Positions 47,586 through 57,389 of a DNA stretch of 64,000 bases are shown here, piece by piece (position 1 is the first letter of the stretch; every line of letters begins with the position of its first letter). A model generated the notes under the pieces. That model saw only the letters and a program-made list of their open reading frames with translations, ran no database searches and was not told where the DNA came from. The position numbers and the translations under genes were made by a program. The stretch lies in the NCBI GenBank assembly GCA_000146465.1, contig CP001945.1; one strand, 5' to 3'.

Positions 47586-50087
47586 GTGTATGCATCGTAC
47601 ATCTTGGAGATTTTGGGAGTGAGACACCCATTCCCCTATCCTCATTCAATTGTTTTCCTGGAATACCCTGGAATGAACAGAAAAGAATTATACGAAATGT
47701 TTAACCATGGAGAACCCGCAGACACAGGCTCTGTAGACATGGACGAGGCCGAATATATTCGGCTATCTTACATTACCAACTTTTCAAGGGATGACATTCT
47801 TCTGGATCTAATTCCAAGATACAAGTCTTCATACAGTCCTGAGGGCACCCGGTTCTTTGTTGAAACGATAGCCATGATTGTGGATAATCCAAGGATGGCA
47901 GGATGTGTATTCAGCCCTATTTCCCTCACAACCCTTGTTGTGAATTCTTTTGGGACATCATACTTTGATGTTATGGATTGCTTTGAAAGGCTAAGCGAAG
48001 TCGAAGGGATGCCAAAAAAGGTATTCCTTCCGATGATCTACGGACTGTCGTTTAGATGTTCTAAAATGGATGCTACATCAAATATAGCCAGCTATAGCTC
48101 TGCACTTGAAACACTGGCAGGTCTCCCTAGTGTTCTTGAAGAACTTAAGAACGAAGTCTACTGGGGCCTGTGTGACCTTAGACCTGGAAGAGATGTTGTT
48201 CTTGACTTTCCTGTGTACTCTGGGTTTGCTTGTGCCTTTCCTTGCTTTCTTGATGGATTCTTCGAGCCTTTCATATACAAGAAATGTGACTATGCAACAC
48301 CTGCCCACGACTACCTTGGGATTTCTATGAGGGAAGTGGTGGAGAAGTCCCGGAGATCGTACCATTCCCTCTGTGATCATTCTTACAAGATGCATCAAAT
48401 AATATACTCGATCATAAGATCTTCGAAAGAATTGAGGATTAATTTCATGAAATATGTATGCAAGGTCATATCGGTGAGTAAAGAAAGGAATAAGACTGTT
48501 TTCAACTGGAGAGAAAATATAAGCGATGGGTTTGCATACAATATGTCCATGGTCATGAGCAGGTTTAATGGAAAGATAATTGACAGAAACATGACCGATA
48601 AAATAAACCCAGAGAGTGTGGAAGAGATCTCTGTGGATTCATTTCCAACATTCTGCTACTTCTCAAAGATCCATCTACAGTTTACATCCTGTGTCAAGTT
48701 TGGAGAATACATTAGAAGCCTTGCTTATGAATACAGGCTCCTCGATGGAGACGGAGGAGAAAGAATAGAGGCATATAGAAAAGGAATCGACTCAAAGATG
48801 AGTGCTTTGAACGGTCTTCTTTTTATGACAGATCTCTTTTCAGACGAGAAGGCATTTACGGATTTCATGACCGAATACACTGCAGAAACTGAGTACCCAT
48901 GGCCAGACTACTACTATAGGACACTCCTATGGATGCAGGAGATGACTATTGACATCATGAAGTCGGCAACAATTTCGAGTTCATTGAATAAGGTTATGGA
49001 GAATATCATGGACTGGAAAAGTCCTCTTTTTAAGAAAGAGGTTGTGAAGATACTAAGCCATCGAAGCAACTCCATAAAGTTCACCATGCTCAATCGGGTG
49101 ATAGATTACTATAACTCTTTGGGGAGAGATGAGATGAGGATGGAACCTAGAAGCATAATCCATTCTATCTTCAAGGAGGGAAGAGTGTTTGCTAAAATGA
49201 ATGTTTGCAGAAGAAACATCACATTCATCAACTGCATGATGAAGGACTTTGAATACAGCTTGTCTGAGGGTCTTTCTTCAATCAAGGATATAAAGGAAGA
49301 CATGAAGACTGTTGAAGAGCTTAGCAGGGAACTGGAAGAAGTTAAGAAAAAGAACTCCGAAATCAAAAAGGCAGAGTCGATCAACGAAAGAATAATTTCC
49401 ATGAAGAAGAGTATCCGTTTCTCCAAAAGTAAGGCAAGAAACTCCTTCCTATATGTTGATGGGTGCTTTGACTTGTTTATGCATATCCTCGACGAAAAGC
49501 CTGACTTGTTTTTGGTGGAAGAGATGATCTCGAACTTTGTGAGAGTTCTGAATTGCAATCTGAAAGTGATTGCAGGGCCTAGATGCACAGACCTTGTGAT
49601 CAAGTCTCCAGAGCAGTACGGCTTTGACGCTAAAAACCTCCTGAGGAGAATGGTCATGATCTATATAAAGATTAGGAGCTCTAAGTTTGTTGAGATGGTG
49701 GCCAATGACAAGATGTACTTTGACATTGAGTTCTTCCGCACAGCTCTTCGGATATGCGAGAATAAGTATCTCATCAACGAGTCTCAGTTGGAAGAGCTGA
49801 GAAGCCTTATCTCTGATCTGGAGAAAGTCGAGGTGGTGGAGAAGATCGAGTCTGTTCCTGACGAGTTTATTGATCCACTAACGTTCAACCCAATAAGAAA
49901 TCCAGTGAAGCTCTTGACTTCTCGGATAACTGTAGACAAATCCACATACGATATGTTAATGATGAATGGAGGAATGGATCCATTCAACAGAATGCCTCTT
50001 ACAGAGGACATGGTTGTGGAGGATTCCGAACTCAAAGAGAAGATAGACAGATACTATAGCTATAGTAGTAAAGGGAAAGAAATCTGA
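47586..50087 (+). CDS. UFD2: ubiquitin conjugation factor E4 (UFD2) with C-terminal U-box
   Basis: C-terminal DEFIDPLTFNPIRNPVKLLTSRITVDKSTYDMLMMNGGMDPFNRMPLTEDMVVEDSELKEKI matches the Ufd2 U-box DEFLDPLMYTIMKDPVILPxSxxxxDRSTIxxHLLSDSTDPFNRxPL...ELKxKI. The upstream 700 aa are the helical E4 core. The true ATG may be at 47675 (MNRKELYEM). Confidence 0.7.
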   Translation: MYASYILEILGVRHPFPYPHSIVFLEYPGMNRKELYEMFNHGEPADTGSVDMDEAEYIRLSYITNFSRDDILLDLIPRYKSSYSPEGTRFFVETIAMIVDNPRMAGCVFSPISLTTLVVNSFGTSYFDVMDCFERLSEVEGMPKKVFLPMIYGLSFRCSKMDATSNIASYSSALETLAGLPSVLEELKNEVYWGLCDLRPGRDVVLDFPVYSGFACAFPCFLDGFFEPFIYKKCDYATPAHDYLGISMREVVEKSRRSYHSLCDHSYKMHQIIYSIIRSSKELRINFMKYVCKVISVSKERNKTVFNWRENISDGFAYNMSMVMSRFNGKIIDRNMTDKINPESVEEISVDSFPTFCYFSKIHLQFTSCVKFGEYIRSLAYEYRLLDGDGGERIEAYRKGIDSKMSALNGLLFMTDLFSDEKAFTDFMTEYTAETEYPWPDYYYRTLLWMQEMTIDIMKSATISSSLNKVMENIMDWKSPLFKKEVVKILSHRSNSIKFTMLNRVIDYYNSLGRDEMRMEPRSIIHSIFKEGRVFAKMNVCRRNITFINCMMKDFEYSLSEGLSSIKDIKEDMKTVEELSRELEEVKKKNSEIKKAESINERIISMKKSIRFSKSKARNSFLYVDGCFDLFMHILDEKPDLFLVEEMISNFVRVLNCNLKVIAGPRCTDLVIKSPEQYGFDAKNLLRRMVMIYIKIRSSKFVEMVANDKMYFDIEFFRTALRICENKYLINESQLEELRSLISDLEKVEVVEKIESVPDEFIDPLTFNPIRNPVKLLTSRITVDKSTYDMLMMNGGMDPFNRMPLTEDMVVEDSELKEKIDRYYSYSSKGKEI

Positions 50088-50172
50088 TTATTTGGTTTCT
50101 GGTGGTAAATAGAATTGGCGGCATTATGTTATTTTATATTAAGTTCGTGCTCTCAAGAGCCCTTCCGATTTG

Positions 50173-50748
50173 ATGACCCAAGGAAAATTTATTGTATTCG
50201 AAGGATTGGATAGATCTGGAAAGACAACCATAGTTGATAGCTTATATGATAGCCTTTCTTCCATGGGGGATGTTCGAAAGATGAGGTTTCCTAATAGAAG
50301 CGGCAATATAGGAAAAGTCATAGATGCATACCTACGGAAAGAAATCAATCTGGAAAACGAAACCATTCACCTGCTGTTCAGTGGAGATAGATATGAACAA
50401 AAAAGTACAATCGAGGAGCTTAGGAAGAGCTCTATACTTCTCTGCGATCGCTATTCCCTAAGCGGGGCATCTTATTCTGTAGCCAAGGGCTTAGATCTCG
50501 ACTGGTGCGTTATGGTTGATTCTGGACTTCCCAAGCCTGACATGACTATTTTCATAGATATCCCTCTAGATGAAATATCTCGAAGAAAAGGATTTGGAAA
50601 CGAAGTTCACGACCACCTTCCATTTTTAGAGAAAGTTCTTTCTGCATACAAGGTCCTTCTTAAAAGAGAAAAAAATGTCCTTATTGTCGATGGAACTTTT
50701 CCTATCTCCTCCATTGTTGAAATTGTGAAAAGAAAAATACTTGAATAG
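50173..50748 (+). CDS. CDC8: thymidylate kinase
   Basis: KFIVFEGLDRSGKTT P-loop. DRY motif (LLCDRYSLSGASYS). The ORF track starts at a TTG at 50170. The ATG is at 50173, with CCC upstream. Confidence 0.85.
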   Translation: MTQGKFIVFEGLDRSGKTTIVDSLYDSLSSMGDVRKMRFPNRSGNIGKVIDAYLRKEINLENETIHLLFSGDRYEQKSTIEELRKSSILLCDRYSLSGASYSVAKGLDLDWCVMVDSGLPKPDMTIFIDIPLDEISRRKGFGNEVHDHLPFLEKVLSAYKVLLKREKNVLIVDGTFPISSIVEIVKRKILE

Positions 50749-50824
50749 TTTCTTTATTAGTACCTGAGGAGATCAGTGCTCACGTACAAGATCTTTAAAG
50801 AAATTGGTTCTTCTCGGGATACTC

Positions 50825-51817
50825 CTATTCAACCCTTTCCAAATCTGAAGGCGTGATACATTTTTCATCCTTCTCTCCATGTTCTCTGTCACTATCTCCG
50901 ATAAGATCCTTTCCTCCATGGGTTTGCAAGATATATTTGGTGAGATAGTACTTGGTCTGCGTAGAATTTTTGCATGTGTTAGGAAAGAGATCAAGAATAT
51001 TATTGTATGCTTCTTTTCTTGCCTTATTAAAAGAGATACTCTTCTGATTCATAAGTGAGGTCTTAATAAAAAGTAAAAAGTACTCACTGACGTTGAATAG
51101 AAAACCCTCTTTCTGGAAACCTTTAAATAAGGAAAGGTCCTCGGAATAAAGATGATAACTCCGAATGTCTTCTGCAATTGCACTGAACACCCCTTCCATT
51201 TTGTTCTCGCAATCCTTTACATATTTGTTTGCTTCCTCATCCGATGGCTTCTCGGCCGAATCCAGGCCCGGCAACCCCCAGTCGAGTTCCCTTTCTTTCT
51301 GGAAGATCTCAAGTACCATTAGAGACACATAGTACTCTGTCTTGCAATCCCCAGGTTGAATTGGCCTTTCTAGCTTCTCGATCCCAGACTTTATAAGACT
51401 TGCCAGGCAGTCGCAGATCTTAGTGTCGTTTTTGGGAATCTTTCCATATTTCCTCTTTGAGGCCAATGTTTTCGTATTAGACAATTTTCCCTTAGACCTC
51501 TCCTTCTTTACATCATTTCCTTTATCGAGAGACCCAGTACCTGATTTCAAGAGCTTGGATCGTTCCCTTGCCTTGTGTACACTCAACACTTTCTTGGCGC
51601 TGTATGGTAGTCTTCCCTTATATACAAAGAAATCCTCTAGTTTACACTCTATCATCACCATCTGTGTCTCTCCCTCAAAAGGTTCTATGAACGGGTCGTT
51701 ATAGTCATATTCGTCGGCCCTTTGTCTTCTCTTCCTCGGCTTCTCCTTCTTCAGGAGATCTATCTCTTTGGATTCCATAACACTTACCTGAACTGTAATC
51801 TCTTTTTCAAAGTTCAT
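50825..51817 (-). CDS. hypothetical basic/acidic protein, 330 aa; N-terminal EYDYNDPFIEPFE motif reminiscent of the HPC2/ubinuclein HUN domain
   Basis: KRRQRADEYDYNDPFIEPFEGE. The assignment is weak. Confidence 0.35.
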   Translation of the reverse strand: MNFEKEITVQVSVMESKEIDLLKKEKPRKRRQRADEYDYNDPFIEPFEGETQMVMIECKLEDFFVYKGRLPYSAKKVLSVHKARERSKLLKSGTGSLDKGNDVKKERSKGKLSNTKTLASKRKYGKIPKNDTKICDCLASLIKSGIEKLERPIQPGDCKTEYYVSLMVLEIFQKERELDWGLPGLDSAEKPSDEEANKYVKDCENKMEGVFSAIAEDIRSYHLYSEDLSLFKGFQKEGFLFNVSEYFLLFIKTSLMNQKSISFNKARKEAYNNILDLFPNTCKNSTQTKYYLTKYILQTHGGKDLIGDSDREHGEKDEKCITPSDLERVE

Positions 51818-51893
51818 TGTAAAAGTAAAAGGGATAAGCTATTGCATAGAGAAAGGCGTCTTTATTATCTGTTTTCTAACTATAGAAGAATAA

Positions 51894-52619
51894 TTAAGTT
51901 CTCTCCTGAACGCCACCAGATCTTTTGGTCTTCTTGAGTTTGATGTCTCTGAGATCCTGCTTGTCAATATAAATAGTCCCTATCCTATCGTTGAATAAAT
52001 TCTTGGTTGTATTCCTCCTGGGCTTGCTCGGCTCATCAAGTGCCTTTTTATAAAGCTCGTCACTACAATGATAGCTTCTTGCAAGCTCCATTTCAAACAA
52101 AGGCCCACAATCCTCAACACTAAGATCCTTTAAAACCCGGACATACTTCAGTACATATCCGCTTTCTGTCCTTGCAAAGACCCATGAGTATCTTATCCCT
52201 TCTAGACAGACCTTGGAACTTCTCATGTTGAAAAGATCTATCACAAGACTTTCCAGCCTAGGGTTATTAATGTTCTCTAGAACCACAAAATATTTCATAT
52301 GGAGCTCTGGGCTTACACACTCAAAGTCCGACACCGGTTGATATTTATTTATCTTGAACTCAACCATATCTATAATCTCATCGTTGAAAGTACGTCCAAT
52401 CACAAGGAGATTCTCCTTGGTTACAGAAATAAATATCCCGGACTTCTTCTTCTTCATCAACTTCTCCACTTGCTCCACACAATCAAAAGCACTTATCTTT
52501 TCCTGTATGTGGATTGTATCTCCTCTTATAGCGCCTATCTCTCTTTGGATCTTTTCTCCCTCGCTGCTGCAGATCACCGAGAGCAAGATCTTCCTTTCAC
52601 GAGGCCTCTTCACTCTCAT
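51894..52619 (-). CDS. RPF2: ribosome production factor 2 (Brix domain)
   Basis: LVIGRTFNDEIIDMVEFKINKYQPVSDF matches yeast Rpf2 IFGRLFDGHLLDMVEFGIENYKSLSDF. KILLSV Brix N-terminus. Confidence 0.7.
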   Translation of the reverse strand: MRVKRPRERKILLSVICSSEGEKIQREIGAIRGDTIHIQEKISAFDCVEQVEKLMKKKKSGIFISVTKENLLVIGRTFNDEIIDMVEFKINKYQPVSDFECVSPELHMKYFVVLENINNPRLESLVIDLFNMRSSKVCLEGIRYSWVFARTESGYVLKYVRVLKDLSVEDCGPLFEMELARSYHCSDELYKKALDEPSKPRRNTTKNLFNDRIGTIYIDKQDLRDIKLKKTKRSGGVQERT

Positions 52620-52730
52620 TTGTGGGTAAAAAATTGAAGCCAGATGTACAAACAGAAATAAGCACTAGTATCTTTCTTTAAAGCCAGGAGACAGCAGGAT
52701 GCTTCTTTACAGTTCAATAAAACAAAATTA

Positions 52731-53864
52731 TTGTTCTTGGTTTCACATGTTTACCCCCTTGAACACACCACGCCAATGAGCATAAACTTAGGTGACATAT
52801 TTACAATATCCGGGAGAAGACAATCACAAAAAGAGGATAGATACACAAAGAGTACAATGGGAATACACACAAATGTTCTGGCCAGCATAAGGCTTATGAC
52901 ATCTTCCCGAAGCACTCGGATAGAAAACAGACATATTGACACGTCTCCACATAGGATACTGGATGCACCAGGTATGCTGGACGACTATTACCTCAACTTG
53001 CTCGACTGGAGCACCACAAATCTTCTGGTAATAGGGCTGGGAGAGTCTGTCTATGGATATAATGCCGTTGACAAAAGTGTAGTCGATATCCATTCTGGGG
53101 AGAATTATGTGTCATCGGTAAAAAGCAATGGAAACATCCTTTGCATTGGTACTTCAGACGGAGCGATGCGCCTTGTAGACACCTCGGTGAATAAGGAGAT
53201 AAATACAATAAGAAATCACCAAGCCAGAGTCTCATCGTTGAGTTGGAATGGAAACATAATAAGTAGTGGAGACAAAGCGGGAAAGTTATGCAACTTCGAC
53301 ACAAGATGCGGAAAAATCTCTATGGTTGGAGCCCATTCCCAGGAAATATGTGGCCTGGCATGGAGTGCAGATATGAAATATCTTGCTAGCGGGGGAAATG
53401 ATAATGTTATAAGAATATGGCAATTGGGAAACAACAATTCGCAAACGCTTTTAGGGCATAAATCTGCTGTTAAGGCTCTTGCGTGGTGTCCTTGGAGATC
53501 GGGGATATTGACTTCTGGAGGAGGAGCAAAGGATATGACCATAAAGTTTTGGGATGTTGCCGAAAATAGGCTGGAAAGAAGCATAAGCACACAGTCTCAG
53601 GTGTGTACCCTCACATATCTCCCCAAGTATAAAGAAATCATCTCCTCGCACGGATACAGTGAAAACGACATTCGAATATGGAAGACTTCCACAATGAATC
53701 TAATCTCTTCCTTCGGGAAGCACGGGTCGAGAGTTCTTCACGTAGCTCTAAGTCCTGATGGATCGGAACTGGCCTCGGTATCTGCAGATGAAAACTTGAA
53801 GTTCTGGAAGATATTCAACACAGAAAAAGCATCTGTAAGAAGAGACAGCCTCTCGTTTAGGTAA
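52731..53864 (+). CDS. CDC20: APC/C activator of the CDC20/CDH1 (Fizzy) family, WD40 propeller
   Basis: ILDAPGMLDDYYLNLLDWSTTNLLVIGLG, compared with RILDAPGLxDDFYLNLxDWS. Seven WD repeats follow, ending with an LKFWKIF-type last blade. The true start may be a downstream Met. Confidence 0.75.
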   Translation: MFLVSHVYPLEHTTPMSINLGDIFTISGRRQSQKEDRYTKSTMGIHTNVLASIRLMTSSRSTRIENRHIDTSPHRILDAPGMLDDYYLNLLDWSTTNLLVIGLGESVYGYNAVDKSVVDIHSGENYVSSVKSNGNILCIGTSDGAMRLVDTSVNKEINTIRNHQARVSSLSWNGNIISSGDKAGKLCNFDTRCGKISMVGAHSQEICGLAWSADMKYLASGGNDNVIRIWQLGNNNSQTLLGHKSAVKALAWCPWRSGILTSGGGAKDMTIKFWDVAENRLERSISTQSQVCTLTYLPKYKEIISSHGYSENDIRIWKTSTMNLISSFGKHGSRVLHVALSPDGSELASVSADENLKFWKIFNTEKASVRRDSLSFR

Positions 53865-53953
53865 AGTGCAACTCTCGGAATGCTGTGCAACGGCATAGAT
53901 CTGTATGGATAGGCGAGAGTCTATAAGTTATATTTTAATTAAAGCTTTCAAAA

Positions 53954-55726
53954 CTACAGACACAAACCAGTGTGGCCCATACTTCCCTCTTCGTAGTAGA
54001 CGTCGCATTCAGTGAGAGGCTTATCGTCATATAGCAGAGAAAGATTATTTTCGAGGGAGTCCTCATTTCTTCCGTTGTCTATGAGCTTAACGATTGTCTC
54101 TATTGCTTCCACCTTGCTCATCTCACCAATGAGGGTAAGCAGTGTGGACTTCCTGATCTTTGGTGAATTCACTGCTCTTTCATAGATTTCGTCGACTCTT
54201 TTAGAAAGACCCTGGGGAGTATCAACAATAAGATTAACCATTCGATATTTGTTGTACAGTCTTTCACGCCTGTTTCTTGAAGTTGAGAAAATACAAAGAT
54301 TATACATCAGCATCTCATCTACAGTAATCTTTTCTATATATGTAATCGTAGGAGCAAGAATATTCAAGATGGAAGAGTTGATATTCCCCACAAGGGAAAC
54401 CGAGGATACCTCTCTGTCCAGTACAACTAGCAGGATGTATTTGTTCTTGGCCAAAACATCTTTGTTCCTTGCTATCGCCTGGTTCCTCCACTTAACGAGG
54501 TATTCTCTCAACGCATTTAGGAACATGATTCTAGAGAACACTTCAATAGTGGTCTTCCTAATAATCTCTTCAAGTATGGAAACACATATTTTCCTTACAA
54601 CGGTCTTTCTCTCTACAGAGCCCAATCTTTCCTTGTCTTTCGGGAACTTATTACAAAGGGACTCCTTGGAGATATTCAATTTTTTCCAAAGCACTGCAGA
54701 GAGAATATATGACAGGATTTGATAATCCACCGCCCCATGGAGCATAAAAACAACTGGCTTCTTCACATTTGTTTCTATCTTTCTGCTTTTAGGAACTACT
54801 TTATCATATTCCTCTCCACATCCCTTTTCCTCAAAATCCACCTTTCCTCCCCTAATGGGGATCCCCTTGTCTCGAAAGAGATCTTCGGCCTCTGCCTCAC
54901 TAGTCAACAGGACATCTCCAAAAAATCCAATCTTCACTTTTTCTACAAGGGACTTCTTAAACAGTTGCACACACTTTCCTCTAACTTCTCCTATAAAGGA
55001 TTGCGCCAGGCAGAATGAAATATAGTCAAGTTTTCGCAGAAGCCTGAAGAATCCCGCCCCATTTCCTTGCATGTACTTCTTTGTGATTTCCATCGATAAC
55101 CTTATTCTTGGCCCATCATCCTGTTCTCCCGAATCTAAAACATATTTCTCGCACATTGAGGCTAGAATGTGATAACAGTAGAACTCTTCTTTGTTCCTAT
55201 TTTCATAACCTCGGCTTTCTAAGCTATACAACCGCATAAGAGTTTCCATTGCCATCCTAAGCTGGCTTAAATTTAAATCCTTATTGAACTGAGGATGATC
55301 ATACAGCTGGTATCTAAAGACAATGTAAAACCTGACAACCTTCTCAAGTATCTCAATTGCCTCCCTTCCTCTTTCTTCTTGGACCTTCATGTCTAGTAAG
55401 ACTGCTCTGATTCTGTTCTCTACAAATTTGTATATTTGAATACTCTGGTCATCTGCACACAGTCTGATGACATGGTTTATTACTCTCCATAATACTTCAA
55501 TTGGCCTTATATCTTCTGCAAGAACTCCTCCCGAGTCCGGAAACGATTTCCGATACTTCTTTACCATAACCTCTGTCTCGTAAGGAGATACTTCATTATT
55601 AAGAACTCGCTCGAGACCTTCAAACTCAGGACAAAACGTTATGCATTCTCCTATCACTACTTTTCCCTTCTTGGTATTTCTGCGTTTCTCCTGCAGTCTT
55701 TTGTACCTTACTCTTAAGTCCTCCAT
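53954..55726 (-). CDS. SAC3/GANP-domain protein (TREX-2 mRNA export scaffold family)
   Basis: GECITFCPEFEGLERV, compared with the Sac3 GTCPDMCPExER motif. VKKYRKSF, compared with VKEYSRS. IRPIEVL, compared with LRPPEVL. FVENRIRAVLLDMKVQ...VVRFYI, compared with FxWDRxRxIRQDFxxQ...ERIVRFHI. Confidence 0.6.
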   Translation of the reverse strand: MEDLRVRYKRLQEKRRNTKKGKVVIGECITFCPEFEGLERVLNNEVSPYETEVMVKKYRKSFPDSGGVLAEDIRPIEVLWRVINHVIRLCADDQSIQIYKFVENRIRAVLLDMKVQEERGREAIEILEKVVRFYIVFRYQLYDHPQFNKDLNLSQLRMAMETLMRLYSLESRGYENRNKEEFYCYHILASMCEKYVLDSGEQDDGPRIRLSMEITKKYMQGNGAGFFRLLRKLDYISFCLAQSFIGEVRGKCVQLFKKSLVEKVKIGFFGDVLLTSEAEAEDLFRDKGIPIRGGKVDFEEKGCGEEYDKVVPKSRKIETNVKKPVVFMLHGAVDYQILSYILSAVLWKKLNISKESLCNKFPKDKERLGSVERKTVVRKICVSILEEIIRKTTIEVFSRIMFLNALREYLVKWRNQAIARNKDVLAKNKYILLVVLDREVSSVSLVGNINSSILNILAPTITYIEKITVDEMLMYNLCIFSTSRNRRERLYNKYRMVNLIVDTPQGLSKRVDEIYERAVNSPKIRKSTLLTLIGEMSKVEAIETIVKLIDNGRNEDSLENNLSLLYDDKPLTECDVYYEEGSMGHTGLCL

Positions 55727-55795
55727 TGAAAACAGGGGATCGATAACTCATTAGGACATTTTCAACAGCAGTACATCCGCAAATAAATATCAAGT

Positions 55796-56476
55796 TCAAG
55801 CAATAGAATCCGCATTAAATCCTATTCTCTTTCCTATGGATCCAAGAACACTTTTGCTTACGTTCAGCCGATAGCTGTCTCCATTCCTGACCACAAGAAG
55901 TTTACCAACAAGCCCATTAAGCTTCATCTGTAGGAAAAAGCCGTTTCCTAATTTACTTTCGATTTCTTTGCAACCACTCAAGATATCCTTAAACTTATTT
56001 CTGTTCTTTACAACAAGCATTATTACACTTTCAAAGTAATCGAGTCCACTCCCAAAATAACTTTCTATCGTCCATTCTTCCCCTTGGGAAATCCTCCGAA
56101 GCTCATTAATGTTTTTATAACTATATGCTTGGACCGTATATTTGTCCCCAACTGCAGCAAGCTTCTCTTCCAGCGTTGGACTGAATACAATCTGAACAAA
56201 GTCTCTATGTCGTCTGTTACCAAACAGAACATATTTCCCTGGGCTAGGAAGATATATCTTTGAGTCTTCAAGTATGAGAACAAGATCTTCTGACTCTTCG
56301 ATCATAGAGCTAAAGCACTTTTTATATACCACCTTTCTCTCCCTTAAAGCCGCTTCAAATGTGTCAAGAGACTCCAGAGTCACAATCTGGATCTTAAAGT
56401 ATCTTTCGTTTCCCACCACTTCAAAGAAAGCCCTTAGGGACTCAAAGTTGGCCGGATAGGTGGATCCAGGCTCCAT
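55796..56476 (-). CDS. hypothetical protein, 226 aa
   Basis: Clean ORF with an ATG at 56476. No domain recognised. Confidence 0.4.
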   Translation of the reverse strand: MEPGSTYPANFESLRAFFEVVGNERYFKIQIVTLESLDTFEAALRERKVVYKKCFSSMIEESEDLVLILEDSKIYLPSPGKYVLFGNRRHRDFVQIVFSPTLEEKLAAVGDKYTVQAYSYKNINELRRISQGEEWTIESYFGSGLDYFESVIMLVVKNRNKFKDILSGCKEIESKLGNGFFLQMKLNGLVGKLLVVRNGDSYRLNVSKSVLGSIGKRIGFNADSIA

Positions 56477-56523
56477 TTTACACTAGGGGTCCCCGTAAAT
56501 TGCGGAACTAAAAAACCCATATA

Positions 56524-57363
56524 ATGAAAAAGGTTCCTAAAATATTACTCAAGCTGGTGATTTTTCAAGGAATAATAGTGCTATTTCTTCTTGGAATTCC
56601 GTTTTCCATATTTGCTTATCCTCTCTACATATTTAACAGACCGCTATGTATTCAACTATCAAGCTTCTTTGCATACACTCTGTGGACCTTGACAAGCTGG
56701 ATGTTCAATCTATCAAGCACTGTAAATGGTGCCGTTTCCCTTGGGAACGAAAGTTACTTGGTTATAAGCAACCACTTAGGATCTGTAGATTTCATCCTAA
56801 TTAATGAAATAACCAGGAAAAGCGGAATGATGGCCCACGCAAAGTATGCAATTAAGGACGGCCTTCGGATTTTCCCCATATTCTACCAAATCGTTGTTTA
56901 TCTTGGATTTCTTGTCTTGAAAAGAAGCTTTGAGAAAGATAAGAAGAAGATTATAGAATATTTAAGATTTTTCGACGTCTCAAATCTTCCGATATGGTTT
57001 GTTCTCTATCCTGAAGGATCCCGATTCACAGAAAAGCTGAAACTTGAGAGTTGGAGATATTCCGATAAGAAAGGAATGATAAGACTCAACAACGTGCTTT
57101 TTCCCAGATACAAAGGATTTAAACTCATATGTGAACAGCTCCGAAACTCCCGAATAAAGAAGATTGTGGACATCACATTCTCTTATTCGGAGGGAGAGGT
57201 TCCTCCCCTGTGGAAGTTTCTTTTTTGGGATACGAAAGGCTCGTTCAACTGTGACATCAGAACTGTCCTGATCAACGAGATAGATGACTATGAAGAGTTC
57301 CTCTACAAGAGCTTTGAGAGGAAAGACCTCCTCATAGAAAAGTGGAATAGCACAGGAAAGTAA
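56524..57363 (+). CDS. lysophospholipid acyltransferase (AGPAT/LCLAT-like, PlsC family)
   Basis: N-terminal TM. VISNHLGSVDFIL (NHxxxxD motif). LYPEGSRFT (EGTR-like motif). Confidence 0.7.
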   Translation: MKKVPKILLKLVIFQGIIVLFLLGIPFSIFAYPLYIFNRPLCIQLSSFFAYTLWTLTSWMFNLSSTVNGAVSLGNESYLVISNHLGSVDFILINEITRKSGMMAHAKYAIKDGLRIFPIFYQIVVYLGFLVLKRSFEKDKKKIIEYLRFFDVSNLPIWFVLYPEGSRFTEKLKLESWRYSDKKGMIRLNNVLFPRYKGFKLICEQLRNSRIKKIVDITFSYSEGEVPPLWKFLFWDTKGSFNCDIRTVLINEIDDYEEFLYKSFERKDLLIEKWNSTGK

Positions 57364-57389
57364 ACTGTAAAAGAATTCCGTATTTATTC

